A stretch of 63,064 nt of DNA, counting the filler, from Saprolegnia diclina VS20 (Eukaryota): NCBI RefSeq assembly GCF_000281045.1. It is 5 parts of 2 records of this genome, joined end to end, with 100 filler letters (N's around TTAATTAATTAA, not from the genome) between each part and the next. Parts side by side here need not be neighbours in the genome. Positions count along the whole stretch, not along the records: positions 13,111 to 34,345 come from NW_008246141.1; positions 34,446 to 53,262 come from NW_008246141.1; 3 more parts are not named here. One strand, written 5' to 3'. The position numbers and the translations under genes were made by a program. Within the stretch, counting starts at the first letter, position 1, and each line of letters opens with the position of its first letter. Shown one piece after another: positions 34,069 to 46,391 of the stretch. The notes beneath the pieces are model-generated. The model was not told the origin of the DNA, did no database searches, and was given only the letters and a program-made list of their open reading frames with translations.

Positions 34069-34277
34069 ATAGCGAGGTCCCTTTGGCGTCCTGCGGGCGT
34101 CGTTGTGATGATGACGCTGACCGAGTGGCTGTCCCCCAGAAGCGCGCCTCTCTATTGTCCAATATGTCTCTTTTGTTTTGTCATATATCATGTCTGTCTC
34201 ATTGACAGGTCACTTATAACGGTAGTGAGACACATGTGAGATATGGTTTGAAAGCCGGACCAGATTGCCATTCACGA

Positions 34278-34604
34278 ATGGCCGCCTGCAAGTACGACGA
34301 CCTCAAGCCCGGCGAGACCATCTTGACCAACGACGGCTCGTGCGCNNNNNNNNNNNNNNNNNNNNNNNNNNNNNNNNNNNNNNNNNNNNTTAATTAATTA
34401 ANNNNNNNNNNNNNNNNNNNNNNNNNNNNNNNNNNNNNNNNNNNNGCGGCGGCAGCTCCAACTTGGTTGCTGGAGGTCGGGAATCGGTGCTTGTCGCTGG
34501 ACCCGACGCAGCGGCCGACGACGCTCGAGCTCACGGTGCTCGTCCGGGACTTTGTAATCGGTGTTGCTGGGTTTGATGCGACCGAGAGTCAACATGGGCT
34601 GTAG
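34278..34604 (+). CDS. LRR receptor-like kinase C, mostly missing across the contig join (only the N-terminus and kinase tail visible)
   Basis: MAACKYDDLKPGETILTNDGSCA (paralog of the gene E start) before the 34346-34445 spacer; AAPTWLLEVGNRCLSLDPTQRPTTLEL...HGL* after it. Confidence 0.55.
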
Positions 34605-34659
34605 AAAATAAAATGTTTCGAAGAAAAACGTGTATTTCGACGACACAAATTGCCTTACC

Positions 34660-34815
34660 CAACTGATACATGGCGTGCTGCACCATCGACGTGAGTAAAA
34701 GAGCCGTCGGACAGTCCTCGGGCGACGCCGCCAGGCACTGGTGACCCTTGTCGCACACCCACGTTGGTGCAGTCACCGACTCGAACGTTAGCCGCAGCTC
34801 CCCTAACGCTACCCT
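34660..34815 (-). pseudogene. Orphan 3' tail of an A/F-type kinase
   Basis: LRLTFESVTAPTWVCDKGHQCLAASPEDCPTALLLTSMVQHAMYQL matches the end of genes A and F, but nothing homologous lies upstream. Confidence 0.75.
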
Positions 34816-34879
34816 GGCGAAATTGCATTCCAAAATGGATCGAAAATCATGTATATGTACACTATCTTGGACACACAGC

Positions 34880-37237
34880 TCATCGATCGCACCTAGCAGA
34901 TTCGGCTGCCGATACTACAAAGTCCCGGACAAGCACCGTGAGCTCGAGTGTCGTCGGCCGCTGCGTCGGGTCCAGCGACAAGCACCGATTCCCGACCTCC
35001 AGCAACCAAGTTGGAGCTGCCGCCGCNNNNNNNNNNNNNNNNNNNNNNNNNNNNNNNNNNNNNNNNNNNNNNNNNNNNNNNNNNNNNNNNNNNNNNNNNN
35101 NNNNNNNNNNNNNNNNNNNNNNNNNNNNNNNNNNNNNNNNNNNNNNNNNNNNNNNNNNNNNNNNNNNNNNNNNNNNNNNNNNNNNNNNNNNNNNNNNNNN
35201 NNNNNNNNNNNNNNNNNNNNNNNNNNNNNNNNNNNNNNNNNNNNNNNNNNNNNNNNNNNNNNNNNNNNNNNNNNNNNNNNNNNNNNNNNNNNNNNNNNNN
35301 NNNNNNNNNNNNNNNNNNNNNNNNNNNNNNNNNNNNNNNNNNNNNNNNNNNNNNNNNNNNNNNNNNNNNNNNNNNNNNNNNNNNNNNNNNNNNNNNNNNN
35401 NNNNNNNNNNNNNNNNNNNNNNNNNNNNNNNNNNNNNNNNNNNNNNNNNNNNNNNNNNNNNNNNNNNNNNNNNNNNNNNNNNNNNNNNNNNNNNNNNNNN
35501 NNNNNNNNNNNNNNNNNNNNNNNNNNNNNNNNNNNNNNNNNNNNNNNNNNNNNNNNNNNNNNNNNNNNNNNNNNNNNNNNNNNNNNNNNNNNNNNNNNNN
35601 NNNNNNNNNNNNNNNNNNNNNNNAGACGTGTGGAGGAGCAGAATCTCGTGGATAAAGTCGTGGACAGAGGCAGGTGATGGACTCTTGACGCGCTTGAGAG
35701 CGACAGTTGTGTGGGCGTAGATACCGCGCCAGACGTCGCCGTACGCACCAGAGGCGAGTGGTTTGGTGCCGCAGAGAACGATGGCGTCGGCGTCGATCTG
35801 GAGCATTTGTAGCGTGTCAAGCTCGCTCGAGCCAAGTGTCAACGCGAGGTAGTCGTCGTCGGCCGACCGACGGCTCTTGACCGCACGGCGTCCGCGGCGG
35901 ATGATACAGATGGCGAAGAAGAGGACACAAAAGAGAATCACGCCGCCGCCAACGTAGTACTGTGGGTAGCGCCGGAACGAATAGCTTCCGCCGTAGACTA
36001 CGCAGGAACGCCATGAGCCAAGGGTCGTGCGGTGGTAAACACGGTACCATCCACCGTATTGCTGCGATCGGGGATGCAGACCGAGCTGGTGCGCCACAAT
36101 ATCTGGACGTGGCCGTGCTCAATAGCACACGCAGAGGCATCTTGGTGAATCCCACTGACGCGATAGCCTTTCGTTGCGTTGGGCGAAGCTGGCGCGAGCG
36201 CCGCGAGGGCCGCGTACGTTGTATTGTCGACAATAAGACTGGAGATGTCGCAGTCGTCGCAGGCACTACACTAGCCAGTGTCATATCGTAGCAACCATCA
36301 AGTGCAGAGTACAAGTAGCGCAGCTCGGACGACACGTCGAGTTGAGAGATCGACGTGCGCACGCCAGCAAGCTCTCTAATCACCGGATATAACAAAGCGC
36401 ATCCGTTTGCATTCGTGCGTACAGGGTCTGAAGTCGATGCAGTGGCAGACTCAGCGACTGCTTGGTCCAGCCCGTCAGCGCAATATTGTCGAGTACGCTA
36501 GTACAGGTCAAGCGTCGTCCGAGGGATCCACCAGTTGCATATAGGTACAGGTGCCGTAACGTGTCGCGGACATCGCGCAGCCAAATGTCGTCAAAGCGAG
36601 CGCGCCGGACCTCTCTAGTATCGTCGAGAAATGAGATCGACACCAATCCAAGCTTGGTACAGTCGCTGGAGGTTGCGGAGTCCCGGGAATCGCACGTTTC
36701 CCTGCAAAATGCATGTGTGCAGCGTCCTATATCAATATCGATATGAGAGATTCCTTGAGCATGCAACACAAATTACACGCTCTCGATCGCACGCGGCAGC
36801 TGAAGGACTTGGAGAGAGTCGGCTGCAAAATACTCGCTGGGCGCCGGGTCTTGAAAGGTCGAGTTGACAAGCGAGCTACCAGCCTCCATATAAGGCAAGA
36901 AATCGAAGCGGGTGGATACAGAGCGCGCAGAGTTACTGGCAACTGGAAAAACGTGTGGAGACCCGTGAGGCTCTGCAGCTGCGCGAGCTCTCTATGGCTG
37001 TCAAATGACAGAATGGACCAATATTGGAACGTACAGTGTGTCGTGCGGGTATCGCGAGAGGTCGCCTATGAGCCAGTGGCTCTCTAGATCAAAGCGCGTG
37101 GCGTTGACTGGCATGACGATGGTGATCGCGCAGTTGCGGTCGAGAAGGCAGGTCGCCGCCGTGCCGCACGAGCCGTCGGCCACAAGCACGCGCTGCTGGT
37201 CGCTGAGGTCGCTGTAGCTGCACACCGTCGAGTCCAT
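34880..37237 (-). CDS. LRR receptor-like TKL kinase D (kinase core in N gap)
   Basis: MDSTVCSYSDLSDQQRVLVADGSC cap (B-type); LRR mini-exons; TM YYVGGGVILFCVLFFAICII; LASGAYGDVW; C-tail PTWLLEVGNRC. Confidence 0.8.
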
Positions 37238-37540
37238 TCAACAAGTGGTGAATACACAAGTCTGTGTTGCTGTCTGTGTGTCAGTGGCTAGGCTGTCGGT
37301 AACAGTTAGCAGCGGGTCTGGTCCATGTGGGTCTGACCGATGGTTGTCAACGACAGGGCTGTCACCCAGAAGCGCGCGCCATGTTTCTCCGATTCGTCTC
37401 AAATCAAATGTCTTTATCACTATAGTGTCTCTTGAACAACCCGATTTTTGTCGGTCAAAGACACTTTGGAGATATTTGGAGAATAGCCGCTGGGGTTGGC
37501 AACGATGGCGGGACCATCGGCTTGCTGCGTTTATTCCAAA

Positions 37541-39845
37541 ATGGCCTGCAAGTACGACGATCTCCAGCCCGGCGAGACCGTCTTGACCAACGACGGCTCG
37601 TGCGCAACTGCTTGCGTCGTCGATGGTCGTTGCTCAGTGGTGGCGACGCTGCCGGCGAATGCGACCCGCTTCGATTTTGCCGCTGGCTACCTCCTCGGCG
37701 ACCTCTCGCACCACGCGCCAGCCAATCTGTAAGTCGTTGGACAAGCTTTTGGCTTCTAACGTACGCTCTGTGTAGCACCATGGTCAACGTCCAAGACCAT
37801 CATTTGACGCACAAGTACCTGCAGCTGCCGGCCGCACTCCGCTCCCTGTAGGGCTCGCACCGAAACGGAGTGCCTTCATGGCGACGTGTAGATGGTTGGA
37901 ACGCGCTACAGTTAGCTCGCTTGCAAACTTGACCCTTCCCAGAGGCCTCGAGCGCTGGTCTCTCGACTCTACGATCGACGTGGATGATGCAGCATTACGT
38001 AGGAAGCTCACCAATTGCACGATGAGGGATGCGTTCCGAGGCCTCGATTTGACGGGGATGCGCCGTATCAAGGAGCTGTACGACGATTCCATCGAGGGCA
38101 GTGTTGGTGCTCACGACTGTGCATAGAGACGTTGACAACAGCGACGTGTCGTTCAGCGGAAGTTTCCCATATTCGCTGACGCATCTGTGCGCCTTCCTGA
38201 GGGGACCCATCGAGGTGCTACTGGTCACGTAGGCGCTTGGACGTGCCTAGAGGCATTGGCATTTTTGGTGGCAACCACTCCCACCTCGAGCAACTGTGTG
38301 TTTTCGTCTCGAGCACTTGGTGGATGCGACCAACTACTACGTAGGGAGCTCTTTAGCGTTCAAAAGCTCGAAGCGTTGTACCTCTCGGACCGCCTTCAGC
38401 GATTGTACGTCGCCTCGATTGATCCAGCATGACTTGACGGTCTATGCAGTTCTTGCTCTAACTGCAATGTGACGTCCACGCGCCTCGACACTGCGTCGTT
38501 TCGCGCGCTCCAGCGCCTCGATCCGAGTACGAGCTTTCGCGTCCAAAGCCTCGAAAGCGGGCCGTGCGAAGGGACCGATCGCCACGTGATACGATTGTGG
38601 AATGCCATGCCGCAGTACACGGTGTGCGTCTTTCCCGGTGCAGCAAATGATACCTATGACTTCAACGTCAATGGTACAACCCTCACCCGTTCTTGTCGTC
38701 TCCACACGATATATATTGTAGAGTTCACCATTTATGCCGTCACGGCAATCTCGGTGCTTGTACTCGCTGGTATCATTACATGCCTCTACCACACGAGCAA
38801 GATGTTCACCAAGTCCAGTCGGTCGGCCGACGACGACTACCTCGCGTCAACGCTCCGACCGGATGAGCTCAAAACCCTCCATTTGCTCCAGATCGACGCC
38901 GACGCCATCGTTCTTTGCGGCACCAAACCACTCGCCTCGGGTGCGTACGGCGACGTCTGGCGCGGTATCTACGCCCACACCACCGTCGCTCTCAAGCGCG
39001 TCAAGAGTCCATCGCCCGCCTCTGTCCACGACTTTATTCACGAGATTCTGCTCCTCCACACGTCTCTACTTTCTATTCTATCATAGCTATATTGACATTC
39101 TCTGGATGTAGACTCGAGAGCCCGTACATTGTCCGACTTCTCGGTGTGCGCTGGCGCCGCCTCATGGACATTGAGGCCATCGTCGAGTACTGCGACCTCG
39201 GCGACCTGCGCAGCTTCCTCGCCGCGTCCACGGAGGAAAATGTGTCGTGGAGTACAAAGGCGACGATCCTCGAGAGCATCGTGTACGGTCTCGTGTTTCT
39301 GCATACGTTTGCGCCCGTGATCATCCACCGCGATCTCAAGTCGCGCAATGTGCTTTTGGATTCGAGAAACGGAACCAAACTCAGCGACTTTGGCACTTCA
39401 CGAATTCTCGACGACCAAAAGACGCTCACGAACGGCATTGGCACGTTCCAGTGGATGGCGCCCGAAGTCATTCTCGGCACCCAGTATACGGTGGCCGCCG
39501 ACATTTACTCGTTTGGTACGGTCTAGGGCTAGGGCAATCTGGGGCTAGGGTTCTGATGTTTCTGATGTTTGATCTTGTGTAGGGGTCATTTTGTCTGAGA
39601 TGAGTACGCACAAGGTTCCCTACAGCGATGCTCTGAACGCCTCGTCCGGCCGAGCACTGAGCCAGCAAGCCATCTTGTCGAAAGTCACATCCGGTGCACT
39701 GCGACCCACGTTCGCAGAGGCAGCTCCAAGCTGGTTGCTCGAGGTCGGGAATCGGTGCTTGTCGCTGGACCCGACGCAGCGGCCGACGACACTCGAGCTC
39801 ACGGTGCTCGTCCGGGACTTTATCGGAGCGGCTACCGAGTACTAG
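37541..39845 (+). CDS. LRR receptor-like TKL kinase E (no evident signal peptide)
   Basis: MACKYDDLQPGETVLTNDGSC cap; six phase-2 LRR mini-exons at about 37776-38404; TM IYAVTAISVLVLAGIITCLY; kinase nearly identical to B. Confidence 0.88.
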
Positions 39846-39972
39846 TGCGCTTTGCGCGACCGATTTGCTGTGCATCCTGGATACAGTAGTCCATGTAAAA
39901 CCATGATAGTACATAGTGTATACAGCAATGATTTGTTTGGAAATTTTGCCAACTTGATAGAAAAATGTGAGA

Positions 39973-42638
39973 CTACACCGACTGAGACATGGCGCACTGC
40001 ACCATCGACGTGAGCAAAAGAGCCGTCGGACGGTCGTCGGGCGACGCTGCCAGGCACTGGTGACCCATCTTGCGGACCCACGTTGGTGTCGTCACCGACT
40101 CGAACGTTGGCCGCAGCTTCCCCGACGTCACCTTGGTCATGATAGCCTGCTGCGTGTACGCGCGGCCCGTTGCGGGGTTGATCTCGTCACCGTACGGCAC
40201 GGCGTGCGTGCTCAACTCGGACAAGATGACGCCTACAGCAGCAGCATCATCACAAACCCTAATCTACGGAGAGATATTAGTACCAAACGAGTAAATGTCG
40301 GCGGCGATCGTATAGTCGGTGCCCATGATGACTTCGGGCGCCATCCACTGGTACGTGCCAATGCCGTTGGTCATGTTGGCGTCGGACGCTTCACGAGACG
40401 CGCCAAAGTCGGTGAGCTTGGTCCCCTTCTTGGCATCCAGGAGGACGTTCCGGGACTTGAGGTCGCGGTGGATGATCGCCGGCTCAAACGTGTGGAGGTA
40501 GACAAGACCGCGGACGATGCTCATGATCGTCGACGCCTTTTGGCGCCAGTCAAACTGAGCCGCAGACGTTGTCCGGAGGTAGTTGCGGAGGTCGCCAAGG
40601 TCCATGTACTCGACGACGACTTCAATCTCGATCGGCCGGCGCCACCCGACGCCGACGAACGCGACAATGAAATCACTGTCCATCCTACAGTAGTCCACAA
40701 CATATGAGACAATATTTTCCACAAAAAGCGATAACGTACTTGGCCATGAGCGTGATTTCGTCGATAAACTTGCGGACGCTCTCGACGCGGCGGTCCTTGA
40801 TGCGCTTGATCGCGACCTTGTCGTTGCCGTACGCGCCAAGCCAGACTTCGCCAAAGGCACCGGACGCCAGTGGTTTCTTGCCCGTGACAACATAATCGCC
40901 GACGTCGAGCTTGTGCATGCGGAGGTCGTCGACGTTGAGACCCATCTCGCTGTAGTCACCGGTGCCATCGGTGGCATTGTTGATTGTGCGGCAGTAGTAG
41001 TAGCCGTCGGCGTGGGCGTCGTTGGCGCGACGACGCAAACCATAAGCAACGAGCAGACCGACGACGACGAGACCACCGATGGTGCAGCCAACGATGAGCC
41101 CCGTGTCTAAACAATTCATAGTATGAGTGACAAGTAGGTTCTGCGACAGGTACGAGTGGTGGCTTCTTCAGGTGTGGCTTCTAGTGGTATGGCAGGGTTG
41201 GGGTCTACTCAAAATGCAGGTTCGAAATCACAATATGTTGACTAACCATTCACACGATACCTGGCAGCACACACAGCTCGACGTTCAAAAAACGCTGCAG
41301 CGGCTGGAGCTTCTGGACCGAACCTTGAAGCGCCGCGCACGCGGCTGCGTCTGTTGTGATGGGCTTGTCATAGCCAAAGCCAGACGACGGCGAGCTTGTC
41401 TCGGGAAATGCGATCTCGAGGCGGTTGAACGCTTCAAATGTCGACTGGTGCACGGTGATGTTGGTCAGCGAGCAGTTGAAGCAGCCACTAATGTCGATAC
41501 AAACCATGAGTCATAAACCAAAGACATGATGTCATACAAGTAGCGCAGGCCAGGAGAGAGTGTGACGTTGAAGAGTGTGCTCAGATTCCGGTTGTTGGAG
41601 AGGTCTCTAACCCCATAGAGCACGTTAGACATGTGAGTCGACTCGATGACGCACAAGAACTGCGTATTCGACCAGTTGCGATCCACGATGCTTGTCAAGG
41701 TTGCGTCTTGAAGCGTCCTAACCGCGTCCCTTCATTAAAATTGTCAAGTTGATACTTGCGTACATGGAGGCGACGGATTGCGTCGGTACCAAGTCGAGCA
41801 TCCTCAAGGGCGCCGTGACGTTGATAAGGACACTACAACAGTATTTCCGTCGAACCAACGACGCGTCGTAAAGTCGATAAGTGTACAGATTGCGCAAGGC
41901 CGGTGCAATGATCTGCGGCATCGAGCGCACCACCGCGTTGGTCAAGTACCTAGCCAAGACCCGGATCAGATACCGAATCAATATGTCGTTTGCATACAAT
42001 TCAAGCAAGCTGGACGGCCACGTAAAGGCAGCAGAGAGTGTGCCAAGGTTCGATCGCAGTGCAAAACTAGAATGTGACAGTATGTGATCATGTCCTCACC
42101 GTGACGTACAATTGCGTGAGCGAGTCCGGTAGCACCTTGCGCTCTTTTTGCGACGGGTCAACCAGCCCCGTCACTGTCGATCGCGCGATGGTCCTGCGCA
42201 AGCCGTGACGCTGCTAGCGATACCTCGGTTGTACATACAAGTATTCGAGGCTCGGTGGCAAGACGGCGTCCTTCATCTCGACGAAATCTTGGTTGGTGAG
42301 GTCTCTAGAGAAAGGTGTAAAACCCACAAGAGCACACGGTATATGTACAAGGTCGAAGCATTGGACAAGGCGATGTTCCCCACTGCGTTGCAAAGCGGCA
42401 GCTTGAGCTCCTGGTTGTTCGGGTTCATACTCGCTGCCGCCGCATTCACCGAGGTGCACGTGGCCGTGTTGAGGAGGCAGCCATACGCTCGTGTCGCGCA
42501 GTAGGCGTCGTTGGTGTACACAAACCAGTCGGACGATGAGCTATTGTGGCCGTAGCGCTGGCACTCGGCCAGAAGGCTCTGCGCTGCGCCAACCGCAGCG
42601 ATCGAGAGTAGGAAGACGAGGTACCGAGATACCATCAT
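39973..42638 (-). CDS. LRR receptor-like TKL kinase F (paralog of A)
   Basis: Signal peptide MMVSRYLVFLLSIAAVGAA; QSLLAECQRYG...VYTNDAYCAT cap; same LRR exon series as A; TM GLIVGCTIGGLVVVGLLVAYGL; kinase nearly identical to A. Confidence 0.9.
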
Positions 42639-43280
42639 CGGCACCAATTCGAAATGACCGTGTTTGGATGCGCTATTCAGCACGATCGTACAAGCCTAGC
42701 GCTGCGCCACAATGTGTTGCATCGCACGTTGGTGTAGATGTGGCCAAGGTCGCGAGAACCAGGCGATCAAGTACTGGAACAACAGTCGAGAGCACTCGTT
42801 TAGCCCTTAAGAAGTCCACCACTGCCACCACAATCTGGCAACGAGGCGTCGCCATTTGCAGCGAGGTTGCCAGTTGGCCTGACAATTTGATATTCTTCTG
42901 CAGCCGCTTGGTCTGCTCTGCGCAACGAGGTCGATCGCTTCCTTTGCAAATTGCGCTACACGGACGCTCCATCACGCTACTCCAACGACTGGTCTCTGTA
43001 GCGTCAACAGCGCAAGGGCCGTCGAGATAGTATGGCTCGCTGTGCCAACCTGGCAAACCTTGCACTGCAGCTCATATGGTTACGCCTACCTCGTGGGCTT
43101 ATGGGTCTTTGCGTGGACCCTTTCTTGGTGGGCCCGAGTATCGCTGCTCCTTCTTCGCCTGCTTCATCACAGGTCGATCCTTGACCGGCGCTCAAAGTGC
43201 AACATGGAAGTCCGCCGTCGTCGGCCTTTTTATCCGGATCCCACCGCAACCGGCACTTCAACGTCAATTTCGAAAGCAAC

Positions 43281-44213
43281 ATGCTGGCGCTTCTCGCCTT
43301 CGTGAGCGCGATCGGCGCCTCTGCCTACGTGCCCGGCCTTGGCCCCGTTGGCCTCTCGGCGCTGGTACCAACGCGATTCCATGCTGCGACAGCGTGTGCT
43401 CAGTCTGCGCGTAGGTATTCTACGGGCTGCGCATATGCGTGGTGCCGTATGCGTCACATGCCTGCGTGGCCGCGTTCCGCAGCGACGCACCCATGGACCG
43501 CCTCTTGTGGCTCAACACGTCGGTCTCGCTTCTGCATTCGATTCTCTCGTCTTGCGTGAGCCTCGCCGTGCTGAGCTACCACGGGCGCGTCTTCTTTGAC
43601 GCCGACTGGGTCCTCGCCAGCCCCGACGGCGCGATCCTGCCGCTCGCCATCTCGACGGGCTACTTCCTCTACGACTTTTACGACCTTATCGCGTACAAGT
43701 TGTGGCTCAAGGCACCCGGGATTCTCGCCCACCACATCATGGTCGGCGCATGCTACGCGTCGGCGATCGTCTATGGCGTTGGCCAGTGCTACTTGGTCGT
43801 GATGCTTCTCCTGGAGCTGAACTCGGTCTTTCTTCATGCGCGGAAGCTCCTCTCGATGGCGGGCTACAACATGACGCATGCGATCTACGCCATCGCGTGG
43901 CAAGGCGTCTGGGTGACCTTTGTCGCGACGCGCGGTGTCCTCCCGATCGCGGTGCACGTTGCTGTCTTTGCCGACCGCGCCCGGTTCCCGCATCTCGTAC
44001 TCCTACTAACCGAATGTAAGAATAGCGGCGCTAACACCGAGATTAGGTGCAGTACGCCATGGCGTTCGGTGGCATGGCGATCCTGCATGTGCTCAACGTG
44101 CTCGTACGACCAACCGACGCGACCGCCTTCGCCTCTCACATCGTGTTGGCGTGTAGGTGTGCCAAGGGTGCTGGAAAGCGTACCGCAAGGACGTCGCCGC
44201 CAAGTCCAAGTAA
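43281..44213 (+). CDS. TLC (TRAM/LAG1/CLN8) domain membrane protein, multi-exon
   Basis: VSLLHS, ISTGYFLYDFYD, ILAHH, LLLELNSVFLHAR and FVATR motifs; short GT-AG introns; ends WKAYRKDVAAKSK*. Confidence 0.8.
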
Positions 44214-44251
44214 CTATTTCTCGTGCAGCTCTCAGATTACCGGTCTACACT

Positions 44252-44320
44252 ATAAGCACAATAAGCACAATAAACACAATAAGCACAATAAGCACAATAA
44301 GCACAATAAGCACAATAAGC
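44252..44320 (+). repeat. 9-bp tandem repeat (ATAAGCACA) x~7.7 in the 3' flank of the TLC gene
   Basis: Read directly; one copy is the variant ATAAACACA. Confidence 0.95.
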
Positions 44321-45004
44321 CATTGATGTGCGGCCGTGTGTGTCGAGGCTCAGCATTTCGATCTCTGTTTCCATCCAGCACGTTTTGGCAACGCGGCCAC
44401 GCTTTGGCGGCACGAACGCACGCCCTCGGACGCAACGGCCTTGTCGTCGCGGTATCGAGCTCCCAATTTCTCTACAAGTCTGTGGAACTCGCTGCAACAA
44501 CAACAACTCGTCCGCTGCTGCGAGGACCACAGGTGCATGGGGTATGCTCAACTTGTCGGCTACCGGTACCGCGCGGACCCGAGCTGCGGACCAGTGCTGT
44601 CCAAACGTGGGCAACGCGGTGTGGCGTTGCGTGCATGTCCCAGCTGGCTGCCACCCACGCAAAAGGAGCGGTCGCGCCCACGGTGTCCCACGCCGCAGAT
44701 GTAATGCTCGGCTTGGCTCTTCGCTACCCAAGGTACTCTATCGCGGCCGTCACCCGATCGCAACCAGCGAGTCTATGCAGCAGCGGTGCTTCATAAATAT
44801 TATGGTGCGCTTAACCCGATCTATCATCGACTCGCATCTTAATTTTTGTCTACTTGTCTACATCTTGTCGTCTTGGTCGCCTGGCCGCGTGTGGCCACTT
44901 GATCTCCATTCCCTTCCTCCTCCACGTCGTCTTGCCGACGAATCGGTGTCGAGCATCGTGGAGCGTCGTTGTCATTTCGCGTCTTCTTCTTTGTCTGCTT
45001 TTGC

Positions 45005-45256
45005 TTAGCACATGCGCCGCCGCTTCCGGAGGCCATCGAGCTCGGTGATCATGGCCATGAGGCGCTGGACATCGAGCACGGCCTGGTCGACTTGGGCTTG
45101 CATCGCACACACGTCGACCGTGATCGCGTCGAGGTCATGGCGCAGCGCGATGGCCGGCGACTCGTCGCACGCGTCGTTGTCGTCGTCGAACCAGCGCCGC
45201 TTGAGGCTGGCCGTGTCCTTGACGACCGGATCGATCGTGCTGTTCATGTGGAGCAT
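45005..45256 (-). CDS. Small hypothetical coiled-coil protein with basic (NLS-like) motifs
   Basis: 83-aa ORF, GC3-rich codons; LKRRW, a heptad LRHDLDAITVDVCAMQAQVDQAVLDVQRLM, and RKRRR near the C-terminus. Confidence 0.5.
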   Translation of the reverse strand: MLHMNSTIDPVVKDTASLKRRWFDDDNDACDESPAIALRHDLDAITVDVCAMQAQVDQAVLDVQRLMAMITELDGLRKRRRMC

Positions 45257-46391
45257 GCTTGGTTACTGGAAATGAGAGCGCGGAGCAGCCTTTGTTGTCG
45301 GTCGACGAACACAAAGACGGGAGGAGGAAGAGAAAGGGTCCGAGCAAACTCGGAAGTGAGCCGAAGTTCCCGCACCTCGAACGCGCCGAATCAAGACGTC
45401 GTAGACATTACAGTGAACGGCCACGAACGTGGGCGAAGGAATTCGTCGCTTCACATTGCCACCAATCGCGCGCCGGCCTGTCGTGACCTTGCCCTTTGTA
45501 TACGACGGGTGTGATGCTCACGCCACCTGGCGCGTCGTTACGCCTGTCTGCGCTTGAGACGCGCGCACTGGAAACCGACCAAGCGTTTAGAAACACGCAA
45601 CGATCCATGCCGAAGTCGACGATCGACGGCGAACAGGACGCTTCCATGCGCATCATATGTGGCCATTGCACGTCCAAACATACCGCAGCGGGCTACTCGG
45701 TGCACACAGGATATGCACGCCCCCACGTCCGCTCTCGGCCTGCGAGCGGGCGTTGAAAATTGCGTGGAAATAGCCTTGCCACGGACCAAACCAAGAAAGC
45801 GTTGTTTTCCATTGGTGCGACAGTGCAAACGAACCTCCAACGCGCGCACTCGTACGCGAGATCCAGCAAGGCCTCACCAAACCATGGCGGCTCTGGAACG
45901 ACAAGGAACGTCGGTTTACACGACGTCGCGCGACTTCGTAGCGCTCGTGGCGCGCCAGGATGGGCCTCGAAGGCTACTGCGCCGGCCGCTGTATGCTATT
46001 GTGATCGAGATCGCGACCACTCGGTGTTGGCTACCACTTGCACTGTGTGGCGGTCCGTTCTTTTCGCCGAACCCACGGCCAAAGAAGTGGCGCGCTGACG
46101 TGGCAGCGTAAGGACAAAAACCTGCGCGGCCGCCACGTTGTTATGTCGCTTGACCTCATGACATGCTGACGAGGATGACTGTGTGCTCTCTCCCATACGA
46201 ATGGCCATCCGAGGCTGGCGGTCATGCATGATAGAATGGGTCGGCCATCCATGGTGTACATATGTGGGCATAGTACGTCGCAAGTCGGCTCGGACAGTCC
46301 TAGAGGTAGTGACAAAGACGCTCTAGCCAGAGGTGCACGCGAGATGGTTGTCTGCTAACTGCATGCAAGAAGAACGCCACACATGTTGCGT

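Noticed and set aside
39520..39555. Telomere-like CTAGGG repeats (also at about 31965-32000)
   Set aside because: Only three imperfect units inside a kinase intron; not a TTTAGGG tract.
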